Positions 12,801-25,984 of a stretch of 64,000 nucleotides of DNA are shown in pieces (the first letter of the stretch is position 1; each line of letters opens with the position of its first letter). A program made the translations under genes and the position numbers. Under the pieces are notes generated by a model. It saw only the letters and a program-made list of their open reading frames with translations, was not told the origin of the DNA and ran no database searches. Origin of the DNA: the human T2T-CHM13v2.0 reference genome, Homo sapiens. Location of the stretch: NCBI RefSeq assembly GCF_009914755.1, contig NC_060928.1; one strand, written 5' to 3'.

Positions 12801-15800
12801 CCTTGAGTAGAATCTGCAAGTTGATATTTAGATAGATTTGAAGATTTCGTTGGAAAAGGGAATATCTCCATAGAAAATCTAGAGGGAAGCATTCTCAGAA
12901 ACTGCTTTGTGATGTTTCCATTCAAGTCACAGAGTTGAATATTCCCTTTTATAGAGCACGTTTGAAACACTCTTTCTGCACTATCTGGAAGTGGACATTT
13001 CGAGCGCTTTGAGGCCTATGGTGAAAAAGGAAATATCTTCCCATAAAAACTAGACAGAAGCATTCTCAGAAACTTGTTTGTGATGTGTGTATTCAACTAA
13101 CAGAGTTGAACTTTTGTTTTTACAGAGCCGTTTTAAAACACTCTTTTTGTGGAATCAGAAAGTGGATATTCGGATGGCTCTGAGGATTTCGTTGGAAGCG
13201 GGATTACATATAAAATCTAGAGAGAAGCATTCTCAGGAACTTCTTTGTGATGTTTGCATTGAAGTCACAGAATTGAACATTCACTTTGATAGAGCAGGTT
13301 TGAAACACTCATTCTGTAGTATCTGGAAGTGGACATTTCAAGCGCTTTCAGGCCTATGGTGAGAAAGGAAATATCTTCGAATAAAAACTAGACAGAAGCA
13401 TCCTCAGAAACTTATTTGTGATGTGTGTCCTCAACTAACAGAGTTGAAACTTTGTTTTGATACAGCATTTTGGAAACACTCTTTTTGTAGAATCTGCAGG
13501 TGGATATTTGGATAGCTTAGAGGGATTCGTTGGAAAGGGGATATCTTCATATAAAATCTAGACAGAAGCATTCTCAGAAACTTATTTGTGATGTGTGTCC
13601 TCAACTAACAGAGTTGAACCTTGGTTTTGATACAGCATTTTGGAAACACTCCTTTTGTAGAATCTGCAGGTGGATATGTGGATAGCTCTGAAGATTTCGT
13701 TGGAAACGGGAATTTCTTCATATAAAATCAAACAGAAGCATTCTCAGAAACTTCTCAGTGATGTTTGCATTCAGCTCATGGAGTTGAACACTTCCTTTCA
13801 TAGAGCCGGTTTGAAACACTCTTTCTGCACTACCTGGAAGAGGACATTTCGAGCGCTTTGAGTCCTATGGTGAAAAAGGAAATATCTTCTCATAAAAACC
13901 AGAAAGAAGCATTCTCAGAAACTTCTTTGTGTTGTGTGTACTCATGTAACAGTGTTGAACCATCCTTTTGACAGAGCAGTTTTGAAACACTCTTTTTGTA
14001 GAATCTGCAAGTGGATATTTGGATAGCTTTGAGGATTTCGTTGGAAACGGGATGACATATAATATCTAGAGAGAAGCATTCTCAGGAACTTCTTTGTGAT
14101 GTTTGCATTCAAGTCACAGAATTGAACATTCCCTTTCATAGAGCAGGTTTGAAACACTCTTTCTCTAGTATCTGGAAGTGGGCATTTCAAGCGCTTTCAG
14201 GCCTATGGAGAGAAAGGAAATACCTTCAAATAAAAACTAGACAGAAGCATTCTCAGAAACTTATTTGTGATGTGTGTCCTCAACTAACAGAGTTGAACCT
14301 TTGTTTTGATACAGCATTTTGGAAACACTCCTTTTGTAGAATCTGCAGGTGGATATTTGGATAACTTTGAAGATTTCGTTGGAAACCGGAATATCTTCAT
14401 ATAAAATCAAGACAGAAGCATTCTCGGAAACATCTCTGTGATGTTTGCATTCAACTCAGTAGAGTTGAACACTTCCTTTCATAGAGCCGGTTTGAAACAC
14501 TCTTTCTGCACTACCTGGAAGCGGACATTTCGAGCGCTTTGAGGCCTATGGTGAAAAAGGAAATATCTTCTCATAAAAACCAGAAAGAAGCATTCTCAGA
14601 AACTTCTTTGTGTTGTGTGTACTCAAGTAACAGTGTTGAACCTTCCTTTTGACACAGCAGTTTTGAAACACTCTTTTGGTAGAATCTGCAAGTGGATATT
14701 TGGATAGCTTTGAGGATTTCGTTGGAAACGGGTTATCTTCATATAAAATCCAGACAGAGCATTCTCAGAAACTTCTTTGTGCTGCATGTCCTCAATTCAC
14801 AGAGCTGAACCTTTGTTTGGATACAGCATTTTGGAAACATTCCTTTAGTAGAATCTGCAAGTTGATATTTAGATAGCTTTGAAGATTTCGTTGGAAACGG
14901 GAATATCTTCATAGAAAATCTAGACGGAAGCATTCTCAGAAACTGCTTTGTGATGTTTGCATTCAAGTCACAGAGTTGAATATTCCCTTTTATAGAGTAG
15001 GTTTGAAACACTCTTTCGGCACTACCTGGAAGTGGATATTTCGAGCTCTTTGAGGCCTATGGTTAAAAGGAAATATCTTCCCATAAAAACTAGACAGAAG
15101 CCGTCTCAGAAACTTGTTTGTGATGTGTGTATTCAACTACCAGAGTTGAACATTTCTGTTACAGAGCAATTTTAAAACACTCTTTTTGTGGAATCTGAAA
15201 GTGGATAATTGGATAGCTTTGTGGATTTCGTTGGAAACGGGATGACGTATAAAATCTAGAGAGAAGCATTCTCAGGAACTTCTTTCTGATGTTTGCATTC
15301 AAGTCACAGAATTGAACATTCCTTTTCATAGTGCAGGTTTGAAACACTCTTTCTGTAGTATCTGGAAGTGGACATTTCAAGCGCTTTCAGGCCTACGGGG
15401 AGAAAGGAAATATCTTCAAATAAAAACTAGACAGAAGGATTCTCAGAAACTTATTTGTGATGTGTGTCCTAAACGAACACAGTTGAACCTTTGTTTTGAT
15501 ACAGCATTTTGGAAACACTCCTTTTGTAGGATCTGCAGGTGGATATTTGGATAGATTTTAAGATTTCGTTGGAAACGGGAGTTTCTTCATAGAAACTCAA
15601 GACAGATGCATTCTCAGAAACATCTCTGTGATGTTTGCATTCCACTCATAGAGTTGAAAACTTCCTTTCATAGAGCAGGTTTGAAACACTCTTTTTGTAA
15701 TATTTGGAAGTGGACATTTGCAGCGCTTTGAGGCCTATGGTGAAAAAGGAAATATCTTCTCATAAAAACCAGAAACAAGCATTCTCAGAAACTTCTTTTT

Positions 15801-18800
15801 GATGTGTGTACTCAAGTAACAGAGTTGAACCTTCCTTTTGACACAGCAGTTTTGAAACAATCTTTTTGTAGAATCTGCAAGTGGATATTTGGATAGCTTT
15901 GAGGATTTCGTTGGAAACGGGATATCTTCATATAAAATCTAGACAGAAGCATTCTCAGAAACTTCTTTGTGCTGTATGTCCTCAATTAACAGAGTTGAAC
16001 CATTGCTTGGATACAGCATTTTGGAAACATTCCTTGAGTAGAATCTGCAAGTTGATATTTAGATAGATTTGAAGATTTCGTTGGAAAAGGGAATATCTCC
16101 ATAGAAAATCTAGAGGGAAGCATTCTCAGAAACTGCTTTGTGATGTTTCCATTCAAGTCACAGAGTTGAATATTCCCTTTTATAGAGCACGTTTGAAACA
16201 CTCTTTCTGCACTATCTGGAAGTGGACATTTCGAGCGCTTTGAGGCCTATGGTGAAAAAGGAAATATCTTCCCATAAAAACTAGACAGAAGCATTCTCAG
16301 AAACTTGTTTGTGATGTGTGTATTCAACTAACAGAGTTGAACTTTTGTTTTTACAGAGCCGTTTTAAAACACTCTTTTTGTGGAATCAGAAAGTGGATAT
16401 TCGGATGGCTCTGAGGATTTCGTTGGAAGCGGGATTACATATAAAATCTAGAGAGAAGCATTCTCAGGAACTTCTTTGTGATGTTTGCATTGAAGTCACA
16501 GAATTGAACATTCACTTTGATAGAGCAGGTTTGAAACACTCATTCTGTAGTATCTGGAAGTGGACATTTCAAGCGCTTTCAGGCCTATGGTGAGAAAGGA
16601 AATATCTTCGAATAAAAACTAGACAGAAGCATCCTCAGAAACTTATTTGTGATGTGTGTCCTCAACTAACAGAGTTGAAACTTTGTTTTGATACAGCATT
16701 TTGGAAACACTCTTTTTGTAGAATCTGCAGGTGGATATTTGGATAGCTTAGAGGGATTCGTTGGAAAGGGGATATCTTCATATAAAATCTAGACAGAAGC
16801 ATTCTCAGAAACTTATTTGTGATGTGTGTCCTCAACTAACAGAGTTGAACCTTGGTTTTGATACAGCATTTTGGAAACACTCCTTTTGTAGAATCTGCAG
16901 GTGGATATGTGGATAGCTCTGAAGATTTCGTTGGAAACGGGAATTTCTTCATATAAAATCAAACAGAAGCATTCTCAGAAACTTCTCAGTGATGTTTGCA
17001 TTCAGCTCATGGAGTTGAACACTTCCTTTCATAGAGCCGGTTTGAAACACTCTTTCTGCACTACCTGGAAGAGGACATTTCGAGCGCTTTGAGTCCTATG
17101 GTGAAAAAGGAAATATCTTCTCATAAAAACCAGAAAGAAGCATTCTCAGAAACTTCTTTGTGTTGTGTGTACTCATGTAACAGTGTTGAACCATCCTTTT
17201 GACAGAGCAGTTTTGAAACACTCTTTTTGTAGAATCTGCAAGTGGATATTTGGATAGCTTTGAGGATTTCGTTGGAAACGGGATGACATATAATATCTAG
17301 AGAGAAGCATTCTCAGGAACTTCTTTGTGATGTTTGCATTCAAGTCACAGAATTGAACATTCCCTTTCATAGAGCAGGTTTGAAACACTCTTTCTCTAGT
17401 ATCTGGAAGTGGGCATTTCAAGCGCTTTCAGGCCTATGGAGAGAAAGGAAATACCTTCAAATAAAAACTAGACAGAAGCATTCTCAGAAACTTATTTGTG
17501 ATGTGTGTCCTCAACTAACAGAGTTGAACCTTTGTTTTGATACAGCATTTTGGAAACACTCCTTTTGTAGAATCTGCAGGTGGATATTTGGATAACTTTG
17601 AAGATTTCGTTGGAAACCGGAATATCTTCATATAAAATCAAGACAGAAGCATTCTCGGAAACATCTCTGTGATGTTTGCATTCAACTCAGTAGAGTTGAA
17701 CACTTCCTTTCATAGAGCCGGTTTGAAACACTCTTTCTGCACTACCTGGAAGCGGACATTTCGAGCGCTTTGAGGCCTATGGTGAAAAAGGAAATATCTT
17801 CTCATAAAAACCAGAAAGAAGCATTCTCAGAAACTTCTTTGTGTTGTGTGTACTCAAGTAACAGTGTTGAACCTTCCTTTTGACACAGCAGTTTTGAAAC
17901 ACTCTTTTGGTAGAATCTGCAAGTGGATATTTGGATAGCTTTGAGGATTTCGTTGGAAACGGGTTATCTTCATATAAAATCCAGACAGAGCATTCTCAGA
18001 AACTTCTTTGTGCTGCATGTCCTCAATTCACAGAGCTGAACCTTTGTTTGGATACAGCATTTTGGAAACATTCCTTTAGTAGAATCTGCAAGTTGATATT
18101 TAGATAGCTTTGAAGATTTCGTTGGAAACGGGAATATCTTCATAGAAAATCTAGACGGAAGCATTCTCAGAAACTGCTTTGTGATGTTTGCATTCAAGTC
18201 ACAGAGTTGAATATTCCCTTTTATAGAGTAGGTTTGAAACACTCTTTCGGCACTACCTGGAAGTGGATATTTCGAGCTCTTTGAGGCCTATGGTTAAAAG
18301 GAAATATCTTCCCATAAAAACTAGACAGAAGCCGTCTCAGAAACTTGTTTGTGATGTGTGTATTCAACTACCAGAGTTGAACATTTCTGTTACAGAGCAA
18401 TTTTAAAACACTCTTTTTGTGGAATCTGAAAGTGGATAATTGGATAGCTTTGTGGATTTCGTTGGAAACGGGATGACGTATAAAATCTAGAGAGAAGCAT
18501 TCTCAGGAACTTCTTTCTGATGTTTGCATTCAAGTCACAGAATTGAACATTCCTTTTCATAGTGCAGGTTTGAAACACTCTTTCTGTAGTATCTGGAAGT
18601 GGACATTTCAAGCGCTTTCAGGCCTACGGGGAGAAAGGAAATATCTTCAAATAAAAACTAGACAGAAGGATTCTCAGAAACTTATTTGTGATGTGTGTCC
18701 TAAACGAACACAGTTGAACCTTTGTTTTGATACAGCATTTTGGAAACACTCCTTTTGTAGGATCTGCAGGTGGATATTTGGATAGATTTTAAGATTTCGT

Positions 18801-21800
18801 TGGAAACGGGAGTTTCTTCATAGAAACTCAAGACAGATGCATTCTCAGAAACATCTCTGTGATGTTTGCATTCCACTCATAGAGTTGAAAACTTCCTTTC
18901 ATAGAGCAGGTTTGAAACACTCTTTTTGTAATATTTGGAAGTGGACATTTGCAGCGCTTTGAGGCCTATGGTGAAAAAGGAAATATCTTCTCATAAAAAC
19001 CAGAAACAAGCATTCTCAGAAACTTCTTTTTGATGTGTGTACTCAAGTAACAGAGTTGAACCTTCCTTTTGACACAGCAGTTTTGAAACAATCTTTTTGT
19101 AGAATCTGCAAGTGGATATTTGGATAGCTTTGAGGATTTCGTTGGAAACGGGATATCTTCATATAAAATCTAGACAGAAGCATTCTCAGAAACTTCTTTG
19201 TGCTGTATGTCCTCAATTAACAGAGTTGAACCATTGCTTGGATACAGCATTTTGGAAACATTCCTTGAGTAGAATCTGCAAGTTGATATTTAGATAGATT
19301 TGAAGATTTCGTTGGAAAAGGGAATATCTCCATAGAAAATCTAGAGGGAAGCATTCTCAGAAACTGCTTTGTGATGTTTCCATTCAAGTCACAGAGTTGA
19401 ATATTCCCTTTTATAGAGCACGTTTGAAACACTCTTTCTGCACTATCTGGAAGTGGACATTTCGAGCGCTTTGAGGCCTATGGTGAAAAAGGAAATATCT
19501 TCCCATAAAAACTAGACAGAAGCATTCTCAGAAACTTGTTTGTGATGTGTGTATTCAACTAACAGAGTTGAACTTTTGTTTTTACAGAGCCGTTTTAAAA
19601 CACTCTTTTTGTGGAATCAGAAAGTGGATATTCGGATGGCTCTGAGGATTTCGTTGGAAGCGGGATTACATATAAAATCTAGAGAGAAGCATTCTCAGGA
19701 ACTTCTTTGTGATGTTTGCATTGAAGTCACAGAATTGAACATTCACTTTGATAGAGCAGGTTTGAAACACTCATTCTGTAGTATCTGGAAGTGGACATTT
19801 CAAGCGCTTTCAGGCCTATGGTGAGAAAGGAAATATCTTCGAATAAAAACTAGACAGAAGCATCCTCAGAAACTTATTTGTGATGTGTGTCCTCAACTAA
19901 CAGAGTTGAAACTTTGTTTTGATACAGCATTTTGGAAACACTCTTTTTGTAGAATCTGCAGGTGGATATTTGGATAGCTTAGAGGGATTCGTTGGAAAGG
20001 GGATATCTTCATATAAAATCTAGACAGAAGCATTCTCAGAAACTTATTTGTGATGTGTGTCCTCAACTAACAGAGTTGAACCTTGGTTTTGATACAGCAT
20101 TTTGGAAACACTCCTTTTGTAGAATCTGCAGGTGGATATGTGGATAGCTCTGAAGATTTCGTTGGAAACGGGAATTTCTTCATATAAAATCAAACAGAAG
20201 CATTCTCAGAAACTTCTCAGTGATGTTTGCATTCAGCTCATGGAGTTGAACACTTCCTTTCATAGAGCCGGTTTGAAACACTCTTTCTGCACTACCTGGA
20301 AGAGGACATTTCGAGCGCTTTGAGTCCTATGGTGAAAAAGGAAATATCTTCTCATAAAAACCAGAAAGAAGCATTCTCAGAAACTTCTTTGTGTTGTGTG
20401 TACTCATGTAACAGTGTTGAACCATCCTTTTGACAGAGCAGTTTTGAAACACTCTTTTTGTAGAATCTGCAAGTGGATATTTGGATAGCTTTGAGGATTT
20501 CGTTGGAAACGGGATGACATATAATATCTAGAGAGAAGCATTCTCAGGAACTTCTTTGTGATGTTTGCATTCAAGTCACAGAATTGAACATTCCCTTTCA
20601 TAGAGCAGGTTTGAAACACTCTTTCTCTAGTATCTGGAAGTGGGCATTTCAAGCGCTTTCAGGCCTATGGAGAGAAAGGAAATACCTTCAAATAAAAACT
20701 AGACAGAAGCATTCTCAGAAACTTATTTGTGATGTGTGTCCTCAACTAACAGAGTTGAACCTTTGTTTTGATACAGCATTTTGGAAACACTCCTTTTGTA
20801 GAATCTGCAGGTGGATATTTGGATAACTTTGAAGATTTCGTTGGAAACCGGAATATCTTCATATAAAATCAAGACAGAAGCATTCTCGGAAACATCTCTG
20901 TGATGTTTGCATTCAACTCAGTAGAGTTGAACACTTCCTTTCATAGAGCCGGTTTGAAACACTCTTTCTGCACTACCTGGAAGCGGACATTTCGAGCGCT
21001 TTGAGGCCTATGGTGAAAAAGGAAATATCTTCTCATAAAAACCAGAAAGAAGCATTCTCAGAAACTTCTTTGTGTTGTGTGTACTCAAGTAACAGTGTTG
21101 AACCTTCCTTTTGACACAGCAGTTTTGAAACACTCTTTTGGTAGAATCTGCAAGTGGATATTTGGATAGCTTTGAGGATTTCGTTGGAAACGGGTTATCT
21201 TCATATAAAATCCAGACAGAGCATTCTCAGAAACTTCTTTGTGCTGCATGTCCTCAATTCACAGAGCTGAACCTTTGTTTGGATACAGCATTTTGGAAAC
21301 ATTCCTTTAGTAGAATCTGCAAGTTGATATTTAGATAGCTTTGAAGATTTCGTTGGAAACGGGAATATCTTCATAGAAAATCTAGACGGAAGCATTCTCA
21401 GAAACTGCTTTGTGATGTTTGCATTCAAGTCACAGAGTTGAATATTCCCTTTTATAGAGTAGGTTTGAAACACTCTTTCGGCACTACCTGGAAGTGGATA
21501 TTTCGAGCTCTTTGAGGCCTATGGTTAAAAGGAAATATCTTCCCATAAAAACTAGACAGAAGCCGTCTCAGAAACTTGTTTGTGATGTGTGTATTCAACT
21601 ACCAGAGTTGAACATTTCTGTTACAGAGCAATTTTAAAACACTCTTTTTGTGGAATCTGAAAGTGGATAATTGGATAGCTTTGTGGATTTCGTTGGAAAC
21701 GGGATGACGTATAAAATCTAGAGAGAAGCATTCTCAGGAACTTCTTTCTGATGTTTGCATTCAAGTCACAGAATTGAACATTCCTTTTCATAGTGCAGGT

Positions 21801-24800
21801 TTGAAACACTCTTTCTGTAGTATCTGGAAGTGGACATTTCAAGCGCTTTCAGGCCTACGGGGAGAAAGGAAATATCTTCAAATAAAAACTAGACAGAAGG
21901 ATTCTCAGAAACTTATTTGTGATGTGTGTCCTAAACGAACACAGTTGAACCTTTGTTTTGATACAGCATTTTGGAAACACTCCTTTTGTAGGATCTGCAG
22001 GTGGATATTTGGATAGATTTTAAGATTTCGTTGGAAACGGGAGTTTCTTCATAGAAACTCAAGACAGATGCATTCTCAGAAACATCTCTGTGATGTTTGC
22101 ATTCCACTCATAGAGTTGAAAACTTCCTTTCATAGAGCAGGTTTGAAACACTCTTTTTGTAATATTTGGAAGTGGACATTTGCAGCGCTTTGAGGCCTAT
22201 GGTGAAAAAGGAAATATCTTCTCATAAAAACCAGAAACAAGCATTCTCAGAAACTTCTTTTTGATGTGTGTACTCAAGTAACAGAGTTGAACCTTCCTTT
22301 TGACACAGCAGTTTTGAAACAATCTTTTTGTAGAATCTGCAAGTGGATATTTGGATAGCTTTGAGGATTTCGTTGGAAACGGGATATCTTCATATAAAAT
22401 CTAGACAGAAGCATTCTCAGAAACTTCTTTGTGCTGTATGTCCTCAATTAACAGAGTTGAACCATTGCTTGGATACAGCATTTTGGAAACATTCCTTGAG
22501 TAGAATCTGCAAGTTGATATTTAGATAGATTTGAAGATTTCGTTGGAAAAGGGAATATCTCCATAGAAAATCTAGAGGGAAGCATTCTCAGAAACTGCTT
22601 TGTGATGTTTCCATTCAAGTCACAGAGTTGAATATTCCCTTTTATAGAGCACGTTTGAAACACTCTTTCTGCACTATCTGGAAGTGGACATTTCGAGCGC
22701 TTTGAGGCCTATGGTGAAAAAGGAAATATCTTCCCATAAAAACTAGACAGAAGCATTCTCAGAAACTTGTTTGTGATGTGTGTATTCAACTAACAGAGTT
22801 GAACTTTTGTTTTTACAGAGCCGTTTTAAAACACTCTTTTTGTGGAATCAGAAAGTGGATATTCGGATGGCTCTGAGGATTTCGTTGGAAGCGGGATTAC
22901 ATATAAAATCTAGAGAGAAGCATTCTCAGGAACTTCTTTGTGATGTTTGCATTGAAGTCACAGAATTGAACATTCACTTTGATAGAGCAGGTTTGAAACA
23001 CTCATTCTGTAGTATCTGGAAGTGGACATTTCAAGCGCTTTCAGGCCTATGGTGAGAAAGGAAATATCTTCGAATAAAAACTAGACAGAAGCATCCTCAG
23101 AAACTTATTTGTGATGTGTGTCCTCAACTAACAGAGTTGAAACTTTGTTTTGATACAGCATTTTGGAAACACTCTTTTTGTAGAATCTGCAGGTGGATAT
23201 TTGGATAGCTTAGAGGGATTCGTTGGAAAGGGGATATCTTCATATAAAATCTAGACAGAAGCATTCTCAGAAACTTATTTGTGATGTGTGTCCTCAACTA
23301 ACAGAGTTGAACCTTGGTTTTGATACAGCATTTTGGAAACACTCCTTTTGTAGAATCTGCAGGTGGATATGTGGATAGCTCTGAAGATTTCGTTGGAAAC
23401 GGGAATTTCTTCATATAAAATCAAACAGAAGCATTCTCAGAAACTTCTCAGTGATGTTTGCATTCAGCTCATGGAGTTGAACACTTCCTTTCATAGAGCC
23501 GGTTTGAAACACTCTTTCTGCACTACCTGGAAGAGGACATTTCGAGCGCTTTGAGTCCTATGGTGAAAAAGGAAATATCTTCTCATAAAAACCAGAAAGA
23601 AGCATTCTCAGAAACTTCTTTGTGTTGTGTGTACTCATGTAACAGTGTTGAACCATCCTTTTGACAGAGCAGTTTTGAAACACTCTTTTTGTAGAATCTG
23701 CAAGTGGATATTTGGATAGCTTTGAGGATTTCGTTGGAAACGGGATGACATATAATATCTAGAGAGAAGCATTCTCAGGAACTTCTTTGTGATGTTTGCA
23801 TTCAAGTCACAGAATTGAACATTCCCTTTCATAGAGCAGGTTTGAAACACTCTTTCTCTAGTATCTGGAAGTGGGCATTTCAAGCGCTTTCAGGCCTATG
23901 GAGAGAAAGGAAATACCTTCAAATAAAAACTAGACAGAAGCATTCTCAGAAACTTATTTGTGATGTGTGTCCTCAACTAACAGAGTTGAACCTTTGTTTT
24001 GATACAGCATTTTGGAAACACTCCTTTTGTAGAATCTGCAGGTGGATATTTGGATAACTTTGAAGATTTCGTTGGAAACCGGAATATCTTCATATAAAAT
24101 CAAGACAGAAGCATTCTCGGAAACATCTCTGTGATGTTTGCATTCAACTCAGTAGAGTTGAACACTTCCTTTCATAGAGCCGGTTTGAAACACTCTTTCT
24201 GCACTACCTGGAAGCGGACATTTCGAGCGCTTTGAGGCCTATGGTGAAAAAGGAAATATCTTCTCATAAAAACCAGAAAGAAGCATTCTCAGAAACTTCT
24301 TTGTGTTGTGTGTACTCAAGTAACAGTGTTGAACCTTCCTTTTGACACAGCAGTTTTGAAACACTCTTTTGGTAGAATCTGCAAGTGGATATTTGGATAG
24401 CTTTGAGGATTTCGTTGGAAACGGGTTATCTTCATATAAAATCCAGACAGAGCATTCTCAGAAACTTCTTTGTGCTGCATGTCCTCAATTCACAGAGCTG
24501 AACCTTTGTTTGGATACAGCATTTTGGAAACATTCCTTTAGTAGAATCTGCAAGTTGATATTTAGATAGCTTTGAAGATTTCGTTGGAAACGGGAATATC
24601 TTCATAGAAAATCTAGACGGAAGCATTCTCAGAAACTGCTTTGTGATGTTTGCATTCAAGTCACAGAGTTGAATATTCCCTTTTATAGAGTAGGTTTGAA
24701 ACACTCTTTCGGCACTACCTGGAAGTGGATATTTCGAGCTCTTTGAGGCCTATGGTTAAAAGGAAATATCTTCCCATAAAAACTAGACAGAAGCCGTCTC

Positions 24801-25984
24801 AGAAACTTGTTTGTGATGTGTGTATTCAACTACCAGAGTTGAACATTTCTGTTACAGAGCAATTTTAAAACACTCTTTTTGTGGAATCTGAAAGTGGATA
24901 ATTGGATAGCTTTGTGGATTTCGTTGGAAACGGGATGACGTATAAAATCTAGAGAGAAGCATTCTCAGGAACTTCTTTCTGATGTTTGCATTCAAGTCAC
25001 AGAATTGAACATTCCTTTTCATAGTGCAGGTTTGAAACACTCTTTCTGTAGTATCTGGAAGTGGACATTTCAAGCGCTTTCAGGCCTACGGGGAGAAAGG
25101 AAATATCTTCAAATAAAAACTAGACAGAAGGATTCTCAGAAACTTATTTGTGATGTGTGTCCTAAACGAACACAGTTGAACCTTTGTTTTGATACAGCAT
25201 TTTGGAAACACTCCTTTTGTAGGATCTGCAGGTGGATATTTGGATAGATTTTAAGATTTCGTTGGAAACGGGAGTTTCTTCATAGAAACTCAAGACAGAT
25301 GCATTCTCAGAAACATCTCTGTGATGTTTGCATTCCACTCATAGAGTTGAAAACTTCCTTTCATAGAGCAGGTTTGAAACACTCTTTTTGTAATATTTGG
25401 AAGTGGACATTTGCAGCGCTTTGAGGCCTATGGTGAAAAAGGAAATATCTTCTCATAAAAACCAGAAACAAGCATTCTCAGAAACTTCTTTTTGATGTGT
25501 GTACTCAAGTAACAGAGTTGAACCTTCCTTTTGACACAGCAGTTTTGAAACAATCTTTTTGTAGAATCTGCAAGTGGATATTTGGATAGCTTTGAGGATT
25601 TCGTTGGAAACGGGATATCTTCATATAAAATCTAGACAGAAGCATTCTCAGAAACTTCTTTGTGCTGTATGTCCTCAATTAACAGAGTTGAACCATTGCT
25701 TGGATACAGCATTTTGGAAACATTCCTTGAGTAGAATCTGCAAGTTGATATTTAGATAGATTTGAAGATTTCGTTGGAAAAGGGAATATCTCCATAGAAA
25801 ATCTAGAGGGAAGCATTCTCAGAAACTGCTTTGTGATGTTTCCATTCAAGTCACAGAGTTGAATATTCCCTTTTATAGAGCACGTTTGAAACACTCTTTC
25901 TGCACTATCTGGAAGTGGACATTTCGAGCGCTTTGAGGCCTATGGTGAAAAAGGAAATATCTTCCCATAAAAACTAGACAGAAG
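9830..25984 (+). repeat. Five consecutive 3231-bp 19-mer HORs sharing a 1-bp deletion at the end of M10
   Basis: CCAGACAGAGCATTC replaces CCAGACAGGAGCATTC at ~11526, 14757, 17988, 21219 and 24450. ORF spacing becomes 3231, and the frameshifted MVESASG ORF appears only in these five copies. Confidence 0.95.

Noticed and set aside
11445-24569. 'New' 66-aa ORF MVESASG... in five copies
   Set aside because: It is a frameshift by-product of the 1-bp deletion.
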